A DNA stretch of 64,000 nucleotides from Eukaryota sp. GEM-RC1 (Eukaryota). Below, piece by piece: positions 1 to 11,881 of the stretch. A program made the translations under genes and the position numbers. The stretch is from assembly GCA_040285855.1 (NCBI GenBank), contig JAUFOQ010000013.1, forward strand, positions 806,001 through 870,000, given 5' to 3'. Numbering within the stretch: position 1 is the stretch's first letter; every line of letters begins with the position of its first letter. The notes beneath the pieces are model-generated. The model had not been told where the DNA came from, made no database searches, and saw only the letters and a list, made by a program, of their open reading frames with translations.

Positions 1-845
1 TTTTTTAACAAACATGAGATCATTTAAAGTACTTGCTTGTTCAATAAATCCTACATCAAAGTTAACTTCTATAAAGTCATTTCCAGCAATAACTACTGAC
101 TCTACTTGAAAATAGGATCCTAAATAGGTCAACTCAAAAGCATTTTCAGTAGTCAATTTGATTTTACTTCCACTCAAAAACTCAAAAAAGCTTTGAAAAC
201 TTTCTCTTGGCACCTTCAGCATATCATCAAAGCTAAGTTCTTGTTCATTTGAATCAGCCCATTGACTAGTCCAAAGGTTAGCAAAGTACTTAGAATAACA
301 ACATAAGTGAAGCCTATTTGTTTTAGCAATATAGTCTTTATACTTCAGTTGCACTTCATGAGGAGTTTCCCTCTTCAACTTTTCTAGAATAGTTGATCCT
401 TGGAGAGAGAAGACTTTGTTACTAGACTGTAGTCCCTTTAGTTGAAGGTTTGTGCAGTGGGTGATCAAAGGAGTGTACTTCAAGAGTTTTGCGATCACAT
501 GAATGTCAAAGAGATTGGTTTCGTTGATGTCTAAAGGAAAGCCGTACATGGACAACATAATGGCTTCAAAGATCGAGGGATCTTCAACCATTCCTGAAGA
601 GTTGATTTCAACGTGATCATGGCGATCTAGTTTCTCAAGGTATTTGGAAAAGAGAACGACAATGGAGAAGTGACAGTGGAACTCTAAGTCCTCGAACTCA
701 ATAACACAGTCAGTGAGATGATTGTTGGATCGGAGATATTGTAGCTGTTCGATGGCTTCCTTGGCAAAGTCAGATATGGAGAGCATTTGGGGGAGATTTC
801 ATACAACTTTGACTTTGTAATTATGCTCTCTCGAAGACATATCAT
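1..845 (-). CDS. BTB-BTB protein, copy 1 (runs off the left edge; paralog of the BTB-BTB-CC-LRR gene at 5623-8439); one frameshift near 768
   Basis: Translates to MICLRESIITKSKLYEISPK..LRSNNHLTDCVIEFEDLEFHCHFSIV (BTB1) and HEVQLKYKDYIAKTNRLHLCCYSKYFANLWTSQWADS (BTB2). It has GGCAAAGT where the paralog has GGCAAAAGT. The start codon is uncertain. Confidence 0.75.
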
Positions 846-2102
846 ACGTTTTCTTGTTTCTTTTAAAAACTTCACAGCATTACATCTCTGTTTTGTGATA
901 TGAGATATCAAATCACAATCATCACGATAACAAAAGTGAACTGATATGAAAAATTATGCTGTTGTGGCCGTGTAATGCAAATGTTCCGTACTGATGTGAT
1001 TTTAGTCGTATCGTACCGTCTGTACTTTTAACTTACTAAGATATATTATTACTATTTTGAACATGATGATCCAATGTGAGATTTTACAAGTTACCATCGA
1101 CATAAATTCTACCGTTAAACATTGGTCAGGATGTGAATATAGTGATTGACACTCTGAGTCATATTTAGGGTACGTCATTTGCTGACCACAACTTCAAAAT
1201 GACATTTCTACGTACGAAGCTCAGCAATCGTTCGACATCAACAATAACAGTACCGTCTTCGAATCACAATGTGTTTATTGACTGCACACGACGTAATACA
1301 ACAATGATAAAGGGCCCAAAAACCCACAGATTGGATTTCTAAACGTTCAGAAGATGCAGAAGCAATTTGCACTAGTACTGTGTTTGAATAGTTAATGAAT
1401 CTCCACTTAAAAACCAGTCTTTGTAAATCCATTTAGATTATTCATAAATAGACTCTATATAAACTCAAATGACATCGGTACGGATAAAATTTGTAAGTAC
1501 GTGCCGATCCGTACCGATCCGTACTGTACTTACCAAAGATTTGCGTGCATATCTCCCTGCAATTTGATCTCAAACAACATTATAGCAATTGATATTTTAT
1601 AATGAAATTTAATAAATGTATGAAAAATGTTCAAGACTGAGCTCATTAACACTCTATTTTCCATATTCATATAAAGGAACGATTCAACAATTTCAGGTTG
1701 GGTCTTCAGCTGCAGACGAGTACTCATCAAGAAGTTGGAGAAGCAGGAGCATTAGTCATCAAGGATTAGCATAGGTTCAATGTTTACATCAGGTTCACTA
1801 GTTGAAGTCATTGGTTGTGGAAATTGACGAAGAAATTGTTGTGAAGGCATAATAACATACTTTGGTGATCTAATGCTATCATATAATGCAACTAGAACTA
1901 TGATACAAATACAATGTAACAGTGTGCCATAAATTTGTCAGCGGCACATGTTCTGTTCCAAAAGGTTAGCCTTCGATAATGGAAATTGTTCTGAGTCAGA
2001 CTAATTACGATTGGTACTGTAGAATGCTGGACAATAATATCAGTTTCTAATAACGATATGAATTTCAATTTAAACTTCCAACATATTACTTTTGCTGTGA
2101 TT

Positions 2103-2351
2103 TTATATCGCAGCTGTAACAAAACAAATATAATCGAATTCAATGACAAAAAGGTCTCCATCGCGAGAGGCTTTGACCAGGTCCTGCAGAGCATAGTTTT
2201 CTGTCCTCTCTTCAAGACAATCGATACGGCAAAGGGGACATTGATTCAAGGACTCTAAACATACAGAGCAACAAGTATGTCCTTCGCAGCAGATTAGGAG
2301 GGGAACACGGTTAGAGAGATTGAACGATTCACAACAAACGAAGCAGTCCAT
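2103..2351 (-). CDS. Stand-alone RING-HC mini-ORF (82 aa), a truncated derivative of the RING-kinase family; may be a pseudogene
   Basis: MDCFVCCESFNLSNRVPLLICCEGHTCCSVCLESLNQCPLCR..ALQDLVKASRDGDL matches the N-terminus of 45873-47807. Homology stops at about 2152, just before the kinase. Confidence 0.6.
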   Translation of the reverse strand: MDCFVCCESFNLSNRVPLLICCEGHTCCSVCLESLNQCPLCRIDCLEERTENYALQDLVKASRDGDLFVIEFDYICFVTAAI

Positions 2352-2980
2352 GTTGAGAAGTGATTTAGCTTCAATTTTGGACAACTCTGTCAACGAGTTC
2401 TTTGTCTAAAAAGAAGGTCTTATACAACAATAGTTGTGGTCTTGGTAAGAAGATTAGAGTTGTATATACAATCTCGTTTGATCTAAAAACTACAAATTTC
2501 TCGAAACAATTGGTTTCTGGAATGTGCGTATTGACGGTCCTGAGTTTTATGAATGTAGTTTTCTTCAACTATCACTTACACACCCATCCATCCTATCTAA
2601 TGATTGTCTCATTATGTCAATTCTTCTCTATCATTTTCAAGGGCGTGCTGGCTGACTTTTTTATATCACATCATTCATTTTTTGAAAAAAAGAGCATGTT
2701 TAAGAAGAAACAGTTAGTAACAAGTGTTGGAAAGATTACAAATCTGGCACAGTGTTTGTTTTCGTTAGATGTTTCTGTTGTATGTGCTTTCATCCATGTC
2801 CATTTGCTCAAAAAAGACAAACGTGCTTCCCTTAAGTTCCAATTGATTCGTAGAACCTTTCAAATTTGGTCTAATCTTCATACTCTCATTATTGATGTCT
2901 CTGCTGTTTTCATTCTTATGACTTTTATTTAGAAGAAGTATTTTATTACAAAAAAAGCACACTGAGAATTTGCCACACAA

Positions 2981-3715
2981 CAGGGCTGTCTAAAAATTAA
3001 TTTAGAGCCAAATTAATTTTTAATTTTGGTTCCATAAAGTACCCTAAAATAAGAATTACGGAATTAATTGACGGCATATGGAATATGTTTCCATCATCAA
3101 TAAACGTCAGTAAATCGCAAACAATCAAATATGTAGATATCTGTGTTGTTATTTCATTGGGTATGCAAACATAACAAAATACATACAATTGTCGAGTCCA
3201 TCAGAACAGGTGTTAATTGCGAATTTGTATAGTCCTTCTTCATGATTAGAGTATCCAAACACCACGCTACTATAGCTCACTTCTTCACCCAACATGATAG
3301 TTCTGATATCATTATTTCAGGAAATCATACACGTGACGGATCTCTTTCTACACATGCAAGATATGTGACCCTGTATATGATCTGTGGATTTAAAAAGATA
3401 AGCGTTATTCCAATCTGACCTAGCACTTGAAAGCTAAACATTCTAAATTGTGTCGATTTAAACATCGTGTAGATTGCCTTTGTCTACGTGTGGAACTTGA
3501 AAGAATTGAGCTTTTCCACAGGTTTTGTACAACAGCTATTGTCATACCTAAGTGCTGATTCATCTATAGTAATGTAGTTGATGGATTCTACTTTGGCCTT
3601 AGAAGATCACTCATTACTTTTGTGGACAGGACGATGACATTTGACGCAAGTGTTACGTTTTCTATCGTTAGAAAGTAGTCTTCTAGATCCTCGAAAACCA
3701 AGGCTTCTTGTAACA
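2981..3715 (+). mobile_element. hAT transposon left end with decayed BED zinc-finger
   Basis: Starts CAGGGCTGTCTAAAAATTAATTT, the same end as the MITE at 60011, with TTACGG subterminal motifs. It is a decayed equivalent of the BED-finger ORF at 10849. Confidence 0.7.
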
Positions 3716-4152
3716 GATGAAAGGAACAGCGTTGCACTACGTTTACTTATGTATTTTTTTAATTATTCATGCGATTATTATACCAAACAAATTTCGTTTG
3801 CTCCGGTTGGGTAAAGTTCACATCAATTGTAAATTAATGTAGTATATGGATATTTTACTTCAGCTATGAAGTCACTTAAACATCAAGAAATTAAAGTCTG
3901 ATCTTTTCTAAAGTTTCTATCATACATTTCCGTATTAACTTGCTTTTACCTTTGTCAATGTAGTACCAACATTATTCGGTACCCAAAAAGGTGACCTTAC
4001 TTCAAGAATGTGATATTTCAAAAACACATCAATGCTGATAAGAGACTTTTATATTTCAATTCTATTTTAAGTTTAGATACTTTAACTGGGGGACTGTCAA
4101 CAATATGTTGCACTTTTGCAATAATAAAGCTATAAAATCATTTCTTTCCCCT

Positions 4153-4434
4153 ATGAGTAATATTTATGCACCTGACGTAGAACCTGTTCACGTCGACTCT
4201 TCTCCTTTGCATCCTCCTCCTCAAAATCAACCAAGACAATCACCATCACAATCAAACTGGGGTTGGAAATGTTGCATTGGCAATACATTGGATTGTTCTT
4301 TTGGAAAGTCAATACGATTGTATTGCTTGTTTGGGAAGCCCATACAATATTATTGTTCATATTGTATTGGAAACTATTGGAAGTCATTTGATCGTTTTCA
4401 AAAAGTTCTACTGTATTTAGATGTAAAACTTTAA
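4153..4434 (+). CDS. Small hypothetical Pro/Gln- and Cys-rich protein
   Basis: ATG ORF MSNIYAPDVEPVHVDSSPLHPPPQNQPRQSPSQSNWGWKCC; no recognisable family. Confidence 0.3.
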   Translation: MSNIYAPDVEPVHVDSSPLHPPPQNQPRQSPSQSNWGWKCCIGNTLDCSFGKSIRLYCLFGKPIQYYCSYCIGNYWKSFDRFQKVLLYLDVKL

Positions 4435-4539
4435 AATCTAAATGAACAATACAATTCAACTTGCTCGTCACTATTCGCTTCTTCATCTTCTGGACACTAA
4501 CGTTGACACAAATACAAACTAATTCACTGTATCTCATGA

Positions 4540-4648
4540 AAGTCAGGTTCTATAAAGTTCCTGGGTTCTAACCAACAGGTTCGGGTTCCAGTCAGGTTTA
4601 TGATAAGAGGTTCGGGTTAAAACCAAAACCCGAACCTGGACAGTCCTA
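4540..4648 (+). mobile_element. hAT-like right terminus
   Basis: GGTTC/GAACC subterminal motifs ending GGACAGTCCTA, the same terminus as at 11871-11881. Confidence 0.5.
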
Positions 4649-4679
4649 CTTCATTGGATCACCATCAAATGTTGTATAA

Positions 4680-5013
4680 CGATTTGTCAATATTTGATGT
4701 TGATGGAATGTAAACCTCGAATGTCACAAGAGTGGTGAAGACGCAACTTATCTGATCGAAGACTTGCCAATCAACTATTTCTTTCTGTAAACAGAGAGTT
4801 TTGGGACATAACTTTGGTTCGCAAGATGGTTAATCAGAAACTAGTCAACTTGGATGATGTTTAATGAGTTATTGATGGAATTAAAACAATAATTAACCGA
4901 CTAAACAATTTTTATATTGCTTCCCATTATTGCAATATATTGCAGTATTGCAATACTGTATTGCAAATCTTTTGACCCTGCAATATATTACAATATATTT
5001 TTAACAGTCCCTG
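4680..5013 (+). mobile_element. hAT 3' relic (dimerisation-domain tail plus right TIR)
   Basis: RRNLSDRRLANQLFLSVNREFWD resembles the hAT C-terminal motif. ATTGCAATA subterminal repeats follow, and the segment ends AACAGTCCCTG. Confidence 0.6.
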
Positions 5014-5019
5014 ATTTAA

Positions 5020-5215
5020 CTAGATCAACCAAAATTTGAATGATCAATTTTCACCTTTGGATAATGCTGAAGATAAGAAATGTCTTCGTTATTGTGATTC
5101 TATTTCTAAATTGAATTCACATAGACACAATGCTTTGGTGTTTCAACCATTCAGTATTTCAATTTACTAGTATGGGAATTTGGGTTCTGCAATTCAAATG
5201 TTTTTGTCATCTTCT
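5020..5215 (+). mobile_element. RLE-type non-LTR retrotransposon 3' relic
   Basis: FSPLDNAEDKKCLRYCDSISKLN..LVFQPFSISIY*YGNLG parallels FNPLTAAEKLKHTKY..FVFQPFAVSLFGSIS at 44810-44950. Confidence 0.65.
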
Positions 5216-5622
5216 GTTGTTTTTACTGCTGATGTACAGTCTAAACAAAATGGTTTTAACTGTGATTATACGGACATACGCTATAAAGAGATAACATCAT
5301 ATTGGATATCAAACAGGGGTTTGCATACTTTGCTAAACACAGTATCTGAAAAGAAGTGACAACATCGGCAAACTGGAAGAATTTTGCAAATACAAATATC
5401 AATAACTTTAGTGTGAAGTGAAGACTACAAGTGACTTGAGTTGGAGTGAAGTTACACACCACCAGAAACGACTAAATAGGTTTAGGAAATGGCGGTAAGT
5501 TGAAACATCATTATAAAACTTGGTAATAGGACAAACATAACCAAACATTTCCAGAGGTTTATTGTATGTAAATGAACTTTCTAAATTTTATACAATATTT
5601 CAAAAAGAAGAAGAAAACGTCA

Positions 5623-8439
5623 TCAATCAAAACATAAGAAGTTAACAATAGAGAATTCGCATGAGATCCGATTATTTGAGATTCTTTTGATGAGTTGTTC
5701 AGTCTCAGAGTCAATAGAGTTACTCCAAAGAATAATCTGAGTAACAGTGGAATTGACCTTCAAAGCATCAGCCAATGCAATGGCACCCTCATTACCAATA
5801 GAGTTATTCATAAGATATATCTCAGTAACAGTGGAATTCACCTTCAAAGCTTCAGCCAGTGCAATGGCACCCTCATTACCAATAGAGTAATACTTAAGAT
5901 CAATTTTAGTAACTGAACCATTCCTCATTTCTTCCAAAACCTGGCTCAATACTACAGTACTATTGTCCCTTTTTTTAGCTAATAATTGTGAAAATTTGTT
6001 CTTTGGCTTTGGAATTAAACCTTGAGAACTTCTAGAAAGAGGTGTTGCAATAGAGTTTTCACAAATTTCATTATTAGCAGGGTTGGATTTAAGACGTTCA
6101 ATTTCTTCTCTTAAAGAACGATTGTCAGTTTCCAAATTTAAAATTTGTTGACTAGAAGACTTTTCCTTGACGTGAAGCTCATTGTTTAGAGTAGTAATAC
6201 TTTGAATTTTTTGGAAAAGTTTAGAATTTTCATTTTTCAAGTTTAAAACTTCATCAGTGAGGTTCTTCTTTGCTCCCACCAGTTCGGTCCTCAACTTTGC
6301 CACGTCAGCAGTGAGTGTGGCAGTCGATGATTGGATTTGAAGAGGGACCATTAGGAGTAAGAATCTGCTCAGTAAAGGTTCAATATCGACGTCATCAAGT
6401 AAATCAGACAAAGTCTCAGAAATAACGTTTACAGTCTTTAAAGTACACGTTATGGATTTCAAACAACTATCGAACTGTGACATTGTCCAATCAGATTTTA
6501 AATTCTGCCAGGAATTACACAAACATTTGGCAAGAAAAACAGAATCAACATTAAAAGAAGAAAGAATTTCAAATATTTCTGGAGTTACTTTGATACCATT
6601 ATTATCAGTAGATTTGATTGATCTGAGACGTTGTTCATGTTTTTTAACAAACATGAGATCATTTAAAGAACTTGCTTGTTCAATAAATCCTGTATCAAAA
6701 TTAACTTCTATAAAGTTATTTCCAGCAGTAACTACTGACTTTACTTGAAAATAGGATCCTAAATAGGTCAATTCATAAGCATTTTCAGTAGTCAATTTGA
6801 TTCCACTTCCACTCAAGAACCCAAAAACTTTTGAAAACTTTCTACTGACACCTTCAGTATATCATCAAAGCTAAGTTCTTGTTCATTTGAATCAGCCCAT
6901 TGACTAGTCCAAAGGTTAGCAAAGTACTTAGAATAACAACATAAGTGAAGCCTATTTGTTTTAGCAATATAGTCTTTATACTTCAGTTGCACTTCATGAG
7001 GAGTTTCCCTCTTCAACTTTTCTAGAATAGTTGATCCTTGGAGAAAGAAGACTTTGTTACTAGACTGTAGTCCCTTTAGTTGAAGGTTGGTGCAGTGGGA
7101 GATCAAAGGAGTGTACTTTAAGAGTTTTGCGATCACATGAATGTCAAAGAGATTGGTTTCGTTGATGTCTAAAGGGGAGCCGTACATGGACAACATAATG
7201 GCTTCAAAGATCGAGGGATCTTCAACCATTCCCGAAGAGTTGATTTCAACGTGATCATGGTGATCTAGTTTTTCAAGGTATTTGGAAAAGAGAATGACAA
7301 TGGAGAAGTGACAGTGGAACTCTAAGTCCTCGAACTCAATAACACAGTCAGTGAGATGATTGTTGGATCGGAGATATTGTAGCTGTTCGATGGCTTCCTT
7401 GGCAAAAGTCAGATATGGAGAGCATTTGGGGGAGATTTCATACAACTTTGACTTTGTAATTATTAGACCTTGGAATCGGATCAACTTCGGATCGGATAAT
7501 CCGATCGGATTTCTCGGATCGGAGCGATTTTGTTGCTTTTGCTCGGATTCCGATTCGGATCGGATTTATCCTACCAGATCCGAAATATCCGATCGGATTT
7601 CTAATGATTTTGATACTGTTGTAGACCCAAAATACATTTGATTACTTTACTAATACTAATATAGATACATTAGTTGGTATCATTTAGTTATTATTTTTAC
7701 AAAAGTAATTACTGAATTTCACTGTATTGATCGTAAACCCCGTTTCTGTACTAATATTACTAGTTATATAAAACGATTGATTTGAAAATCTGACTGTTGA
7801 ACATGATTACGACTACGTCTGTCTCAAATGTCCTACTATTCCGCTGTAGATGTTCTCTCGGATTCTGCCGCCAGCAACATCGAAGTCCATTAATTTGGTG
7901 GAAGAGAAATGAAAGCACTTATACCAAACTTGCTCGAATCTTCTTTTATTGTTCAATACATGCATCATCTGTACCATGTGAAAGACTCTTTTCCCGTGTT
8001 GGGTTAATTGTGTCCAAAAAATGAACATCTCTCAAATGTGACACAGTTCAAGTATTGGTTTTACTCAATTCATGAACAAAACTTGGATTTATGGCTGATG
8101 ATAGACTTTTCCCAGGAGATGCCAATTAATGTTACTTTTTGACTAATAAAACTTTGTAGAATTTTGTTATCCTTCCTTTTACAAAAATGAAGTTCATAGC
8201 ACGTCGTTTCTTTATGGAACTAAAACAGTAATCTTACTGCAAAAACTAAAACAGAATTAATGAAATGTATTAGATAAAAAGGTCAATCCGATCGGATCTT
8301 TCGGATCGGATTCGGATATTGAACACCAGGATCCGGATCGGATTCAGATTTCGATCAGTCAGATCCGGATCGGATCGGATTTGAGATAAAAAATCCGATT
8401 CCAAGGTCTAGTAATTATGCTCTCTCGAAGACATATCAT
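5623..8439 (-). CDS. BTB-BTB-coiled coil-LRR protein, interrupted near its start by a hAT insertion (7464-8410) and a frameshift at ~6825
   Basis: Joins ORFs 6813-7484 and 5623-6816. Two BTB domains, coiled coil LTDEVLNLKNENSKL.., and three 28-aa LRRs (SIGNEGAIALAEALKVNSTVTEIYL). The ATG at 8439 corresponds to 845 in copy 1. Confidence 0.8.
7464..8410 (+). mobile_element. Non-autonomous hAT DNA transposon, 947 bp
   Basis: 17-bp TIRs TAGACCTTGGAATCGGA / TCCGATTCCAAGGTCTA and a perfect 8-bp TSD GTAATTAT (7456-7463, 8411-8418). The empty site is at 817-824. TCGGA subterminal repeats and a hAT dimerisation relic PLIWWK..LAR..ASSVPCERLFSRVG are present. Confidence 0.97.
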
Positions 8440-9706
8440 ACGTTTTCTTGTTTCTTTTAAAAACTTCACAGCATTACATCTCTGTTTTGTGATATGAGAT
8501 ATCAAATCACAATCATCACGATAACAAAAGTGAACTGATATGAAAAATTATGCTGTTGTGGCCGTGTAATGCAAATGTTCCGTACTGATGTGATTTTAGT
8601 CGTATCGTACCGTCTGTACTTTTAACTTACTAAGATATATTATTACTATTTTGAACATGATGATCCAATGTGAGATTTTACAAGTTACCATCGACATAAA
8701 TTCTACCGTTAAACATTGGTCAGGATGTGAATATAGTGATTGACACTCTGAGTCATATTTAGGGTACGTCATTTGCTGACCACAACTTCAAAATGACATT
8801 TCTACGTACGAAGCTCAGCAATCGTTCGACATCAACAATAACAGTACCGTCTTCGAATCACAATGTGTTTATTGACTGCACACGACGTAATACAACAATG
8901 ATAAAGGGCCCAAAAACCCACAGATTGGATTTCTAAACGTTCAGAAGATGCAGAAGCAATTTGCACTAGTACTGTGTTTGAATAGTTAATGAACCTCCAC
9001 TTAAAAACCAGTCTTTGTAAATCCATTTAGATTATTCATAAACTATATAAACTCAAATGACATCGGTACGGATAAAATATGTAAGTACGTGCCGATCCGC
9101 ACTGTACGTACCAAAGACTTGCGCACATTGGTTGTGACTTATCGCCCTGCAATTTGATCTCAAACAACATTATACCAATTGATATTTTATAATGAAATTT
9201 AATAAATGTATGAAAAATGTTCAAGACTGAGCTCATTTACACTCTATTTTCCATATTCATTAAAGGAACGATTCAAAAATTTCAGGTTGGTCTTCAGCAG
9301 ACGAGTAATCATCAAGAAGTTGGAGAAGCAGGAGCATTAGCTGCATCAAGGATCAGAAGAGGTTCAATGATTACATCAGGTTCACTAGTTGAAGTCATTG
9401 GTTGTGGAAATTGACGAAGAAATAGTTGTGAAGGCATGATAACATAATTTGGCGATCTAATGCTATCATATAATGCAACTAGAACTATGATACAAATACA
9501 ATGTAACAGTATGCTATAATTTTCTCAGCAACACATGTACTGTTCCAAAAGGTTAGCCTTCGATAATGGAAATTAGTCTGAGTCACACTATTTCTCCACT
9601 CAGACTAATTACGACCGGCACTGTAGTATGCTGGACAATAATATCAGTTTCTAATAACGATATGAATTTCAATTTATACTTCCAACATAGTACTTTTGCT
9701 GTGATT

Positions 9707-9955
9707 TTATATCGCAGCTGTAACAAAACAAATATAATCGAATTCAATGACAAAAAGGTCTCCATCACGAGAGGCTTTGACCAGGTACTGCAGAGCATTG
9801 TTTTCTGTCCTCTTTTCAAGACAATCGATACGGCAAAGGGGACATTGATTCAAGGACTCTGAACATTCGGAACAACAAGTATGTCCTTCGCAGCACATTA
9901 GGAGGGGAACGCGGTCAGAGAGATTGAACGATTTACAACAAACGAAGCAGTCCAT
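9707..9955 (-). CDS. Stand-alone RING-HC mini-ORF, copy 2
   Basis: MDCFVCCKSFNLSDRVPLLMCCEGHTCCSECSESLNQCPLCR, with the same truncation point and tail as 2103-2351. Confidence 0.6.
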   Translation of the reverse strand: MDCFVCCKSFNLSDRVPLLMCCEGHTCCSECSESLNQCPLCRIDCLEKRTENNALQYLVKASRDGDLFVIEFDYICFVTAAI

Positions 9956-10591
9956 GTTGAGAAGTGATTCAATTTCAATTTTGGATAACTCTGTCAACGA
10001 GTTCTTTGTCAAAAAGAAGGTCTTATACAACAATAGCTGTGGTCTTGGTAAGAAGATTAGAATTGTTTAAATCGTATACACAATCTCTTTTGATCTAAGA
10101 ACTACAAAGTTCTCGAAATAATTGGTTTCTGGAATGTGCGTATTGACCGTCCTGAGTTTTACGAATGTAGTTTTCTTCAACTATCACTTACACACCCATC
10201 CATCCTATCTAATGATTGTCTCATTATGTCAATTCTTCTCTATCATTTTTAAGGCGTACTGACTGACTTTTTTTATATCACGTGTCATTTTTTCAAAAAC
10301 AGAGCATGTTTAAGAAGAAACAGTTAGTAACAAGTGTTACAAAGATTACAAATCTGGCACAATGTTTGTTTTCGAAAAATGTTTCTGTTGTATGCGCTTT
10401 CATCCATGTCTTTTAACTCAAAAAAGACAAAAGTTCTTCTCTAAATTTCCAATGAATTTGTAGAACCTTTCAAATTTGGTCTAATCTTCATACTCGCATT
10501 ATTCATGTCTCTGCTGTTATCATTCTTATGACTTTTATTTAGAAGAAGTATTTTATTACAAAAAATAGCACACTGAGAATTTGCCACGCAG

Positions 10592-11881
10592 TAGGGCTGT
10601 CTAAAAATTAATTTACAGCCAAATTACTTTTTAGTTTTGGTTCCATAAAGTACCCTAAAATGAGAATTACGGAATGAATTTACGGAACATGTTTCCATCA
10701 AAATCAATACATATCAGTTCATCGTAAACAATCAAAAATGTAGATAAAGGTGTTGTCATTTCATTGGTTATACAATTGGAACAAAATACATACAATTGTC
10801 CAATCCATGAGAGCAGGCAGTAATTGCGAATTTGTATAGTCCTTCTTCATGACGAGAGTACCAAAACACCACGCTACTATAGCTCACTTCTTCACCCAAC
10901 ATGATAGTTCTGATATCATTCCTTCAGGAAATCATACACGTGACGGATCTCTTTTCTACACATGCAAGATATGTGACCCTGTCTATGGTCTGTGGATTTT
11001 AAAAGATAAGCGTTATTCCAATCTGACCTATCACTTGAAAGGTAAACATGCTAAATTGTGTCGATCTAAACATTGTGTAGACTGCCTTTGTCTACGTGTG
11101 AAACTAAAAGAATTGAGCTTTTCTATAGGTTTTGTACAACAGCTATTGTCATACCTAAGTGCTGATTAATCTATAGTAATGTAGTTGATGGATTCCACTT
11201 TGGCCTTAGAAGATCACTCATTACCTTTGTGGACAGGACGACGACATTTCAAGCAAGTGTTACGTTTTCTATCGTTAGAACGTAGTCTTCTAGATTCCCG
11301 AAAACCAAGGCTTCTTGTAACAAGTGAAGTTGCTTTTTTTACATCGACATGTTTGAGTTGATGCTTGATAATATGGGAGGTCGTTCAACTACTTTTAAAA
11401 GAAGATATTTTATTCGAGCCACCAGCTGTTAAACGTTCAAGTTCCAGTTTAAGTGCTGCTGAAGAATTCAAAGGTTATCCTTTGCTGAGCCTGTATTGCC
11501 TCAAAACTCAAAAGCTCTTGACTGGTGGCAATATCAAGGACGTAATCGTTACCCTCAACTGGCTTTAATTGCTAGTAATTTCATTGTACTTCAAGCCACA
11601 TCTGTTCCATCTGAGAAATTGATTTATTCTGCAGGCAGGACAGCCACTGAATTTCAAGCTCCGTTGTCTGATGAAAGTGTTACTTCGTTGGTTAGTTTGA
11701 AGTCTTTGCTGAAATTGTTTGTTGATGAGAGTGTTTAAATTTTTTATATAACTTTTAAGAATAAACCATAAATTCCGTTTTGAACTAGTCCTGAACCTGT
11801 TGATACTAATGCGAGATTAAATGCATATTATTAAAAATTGGGTCAGATTCACGGAGCTTGAACCGAATTTGGACAGTCCTA
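10592..11881 (+). mobile_element. Internally deleted or composite hAT element (BED finger plus dimerisation-domain relics)
   Basis: Ends TAGGGCTGTC..GACAGTCCTA (9/10 inverted match). BED-like YTCKIC..SNLTYHLKGKH at 10849-11169 and ALDWW..YPQLALIA..LQATSVPSEKLIYSAG at 11496-11738. No matching TSD. Confidence 0.8.

Larger units (their letters stand above)
1..3715. repeat. Segmental tandem duplication, copy 1 (partner 6640-11322)
   Basis: Collinear near-identical sequence from TTTTTTAACAAACATGAGATC to GGCTTCTTGTAACA in both copies. Copy 2 carries an extra 947-bp hAT insert. Confidence 0.95.
6640..11322. repeat. Segmental tandem duplication, copy 2
   Basis: Partner of 1-3715; see that entry. 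Confidence 0.95.

Noticed and set aside
1238..1559. Possible hAT dimerisation relic (IASASSERL) with GTAC-rich subterminal repeats
   Set aside because: Only a short motif, with no paired TIR or TSD found; too weak to call.
2402..2932. 176-aa ORF
   Set aside because: TTG start, no motif, and the duplicate at ~10010-10540 is interrupted; probably non-coding.
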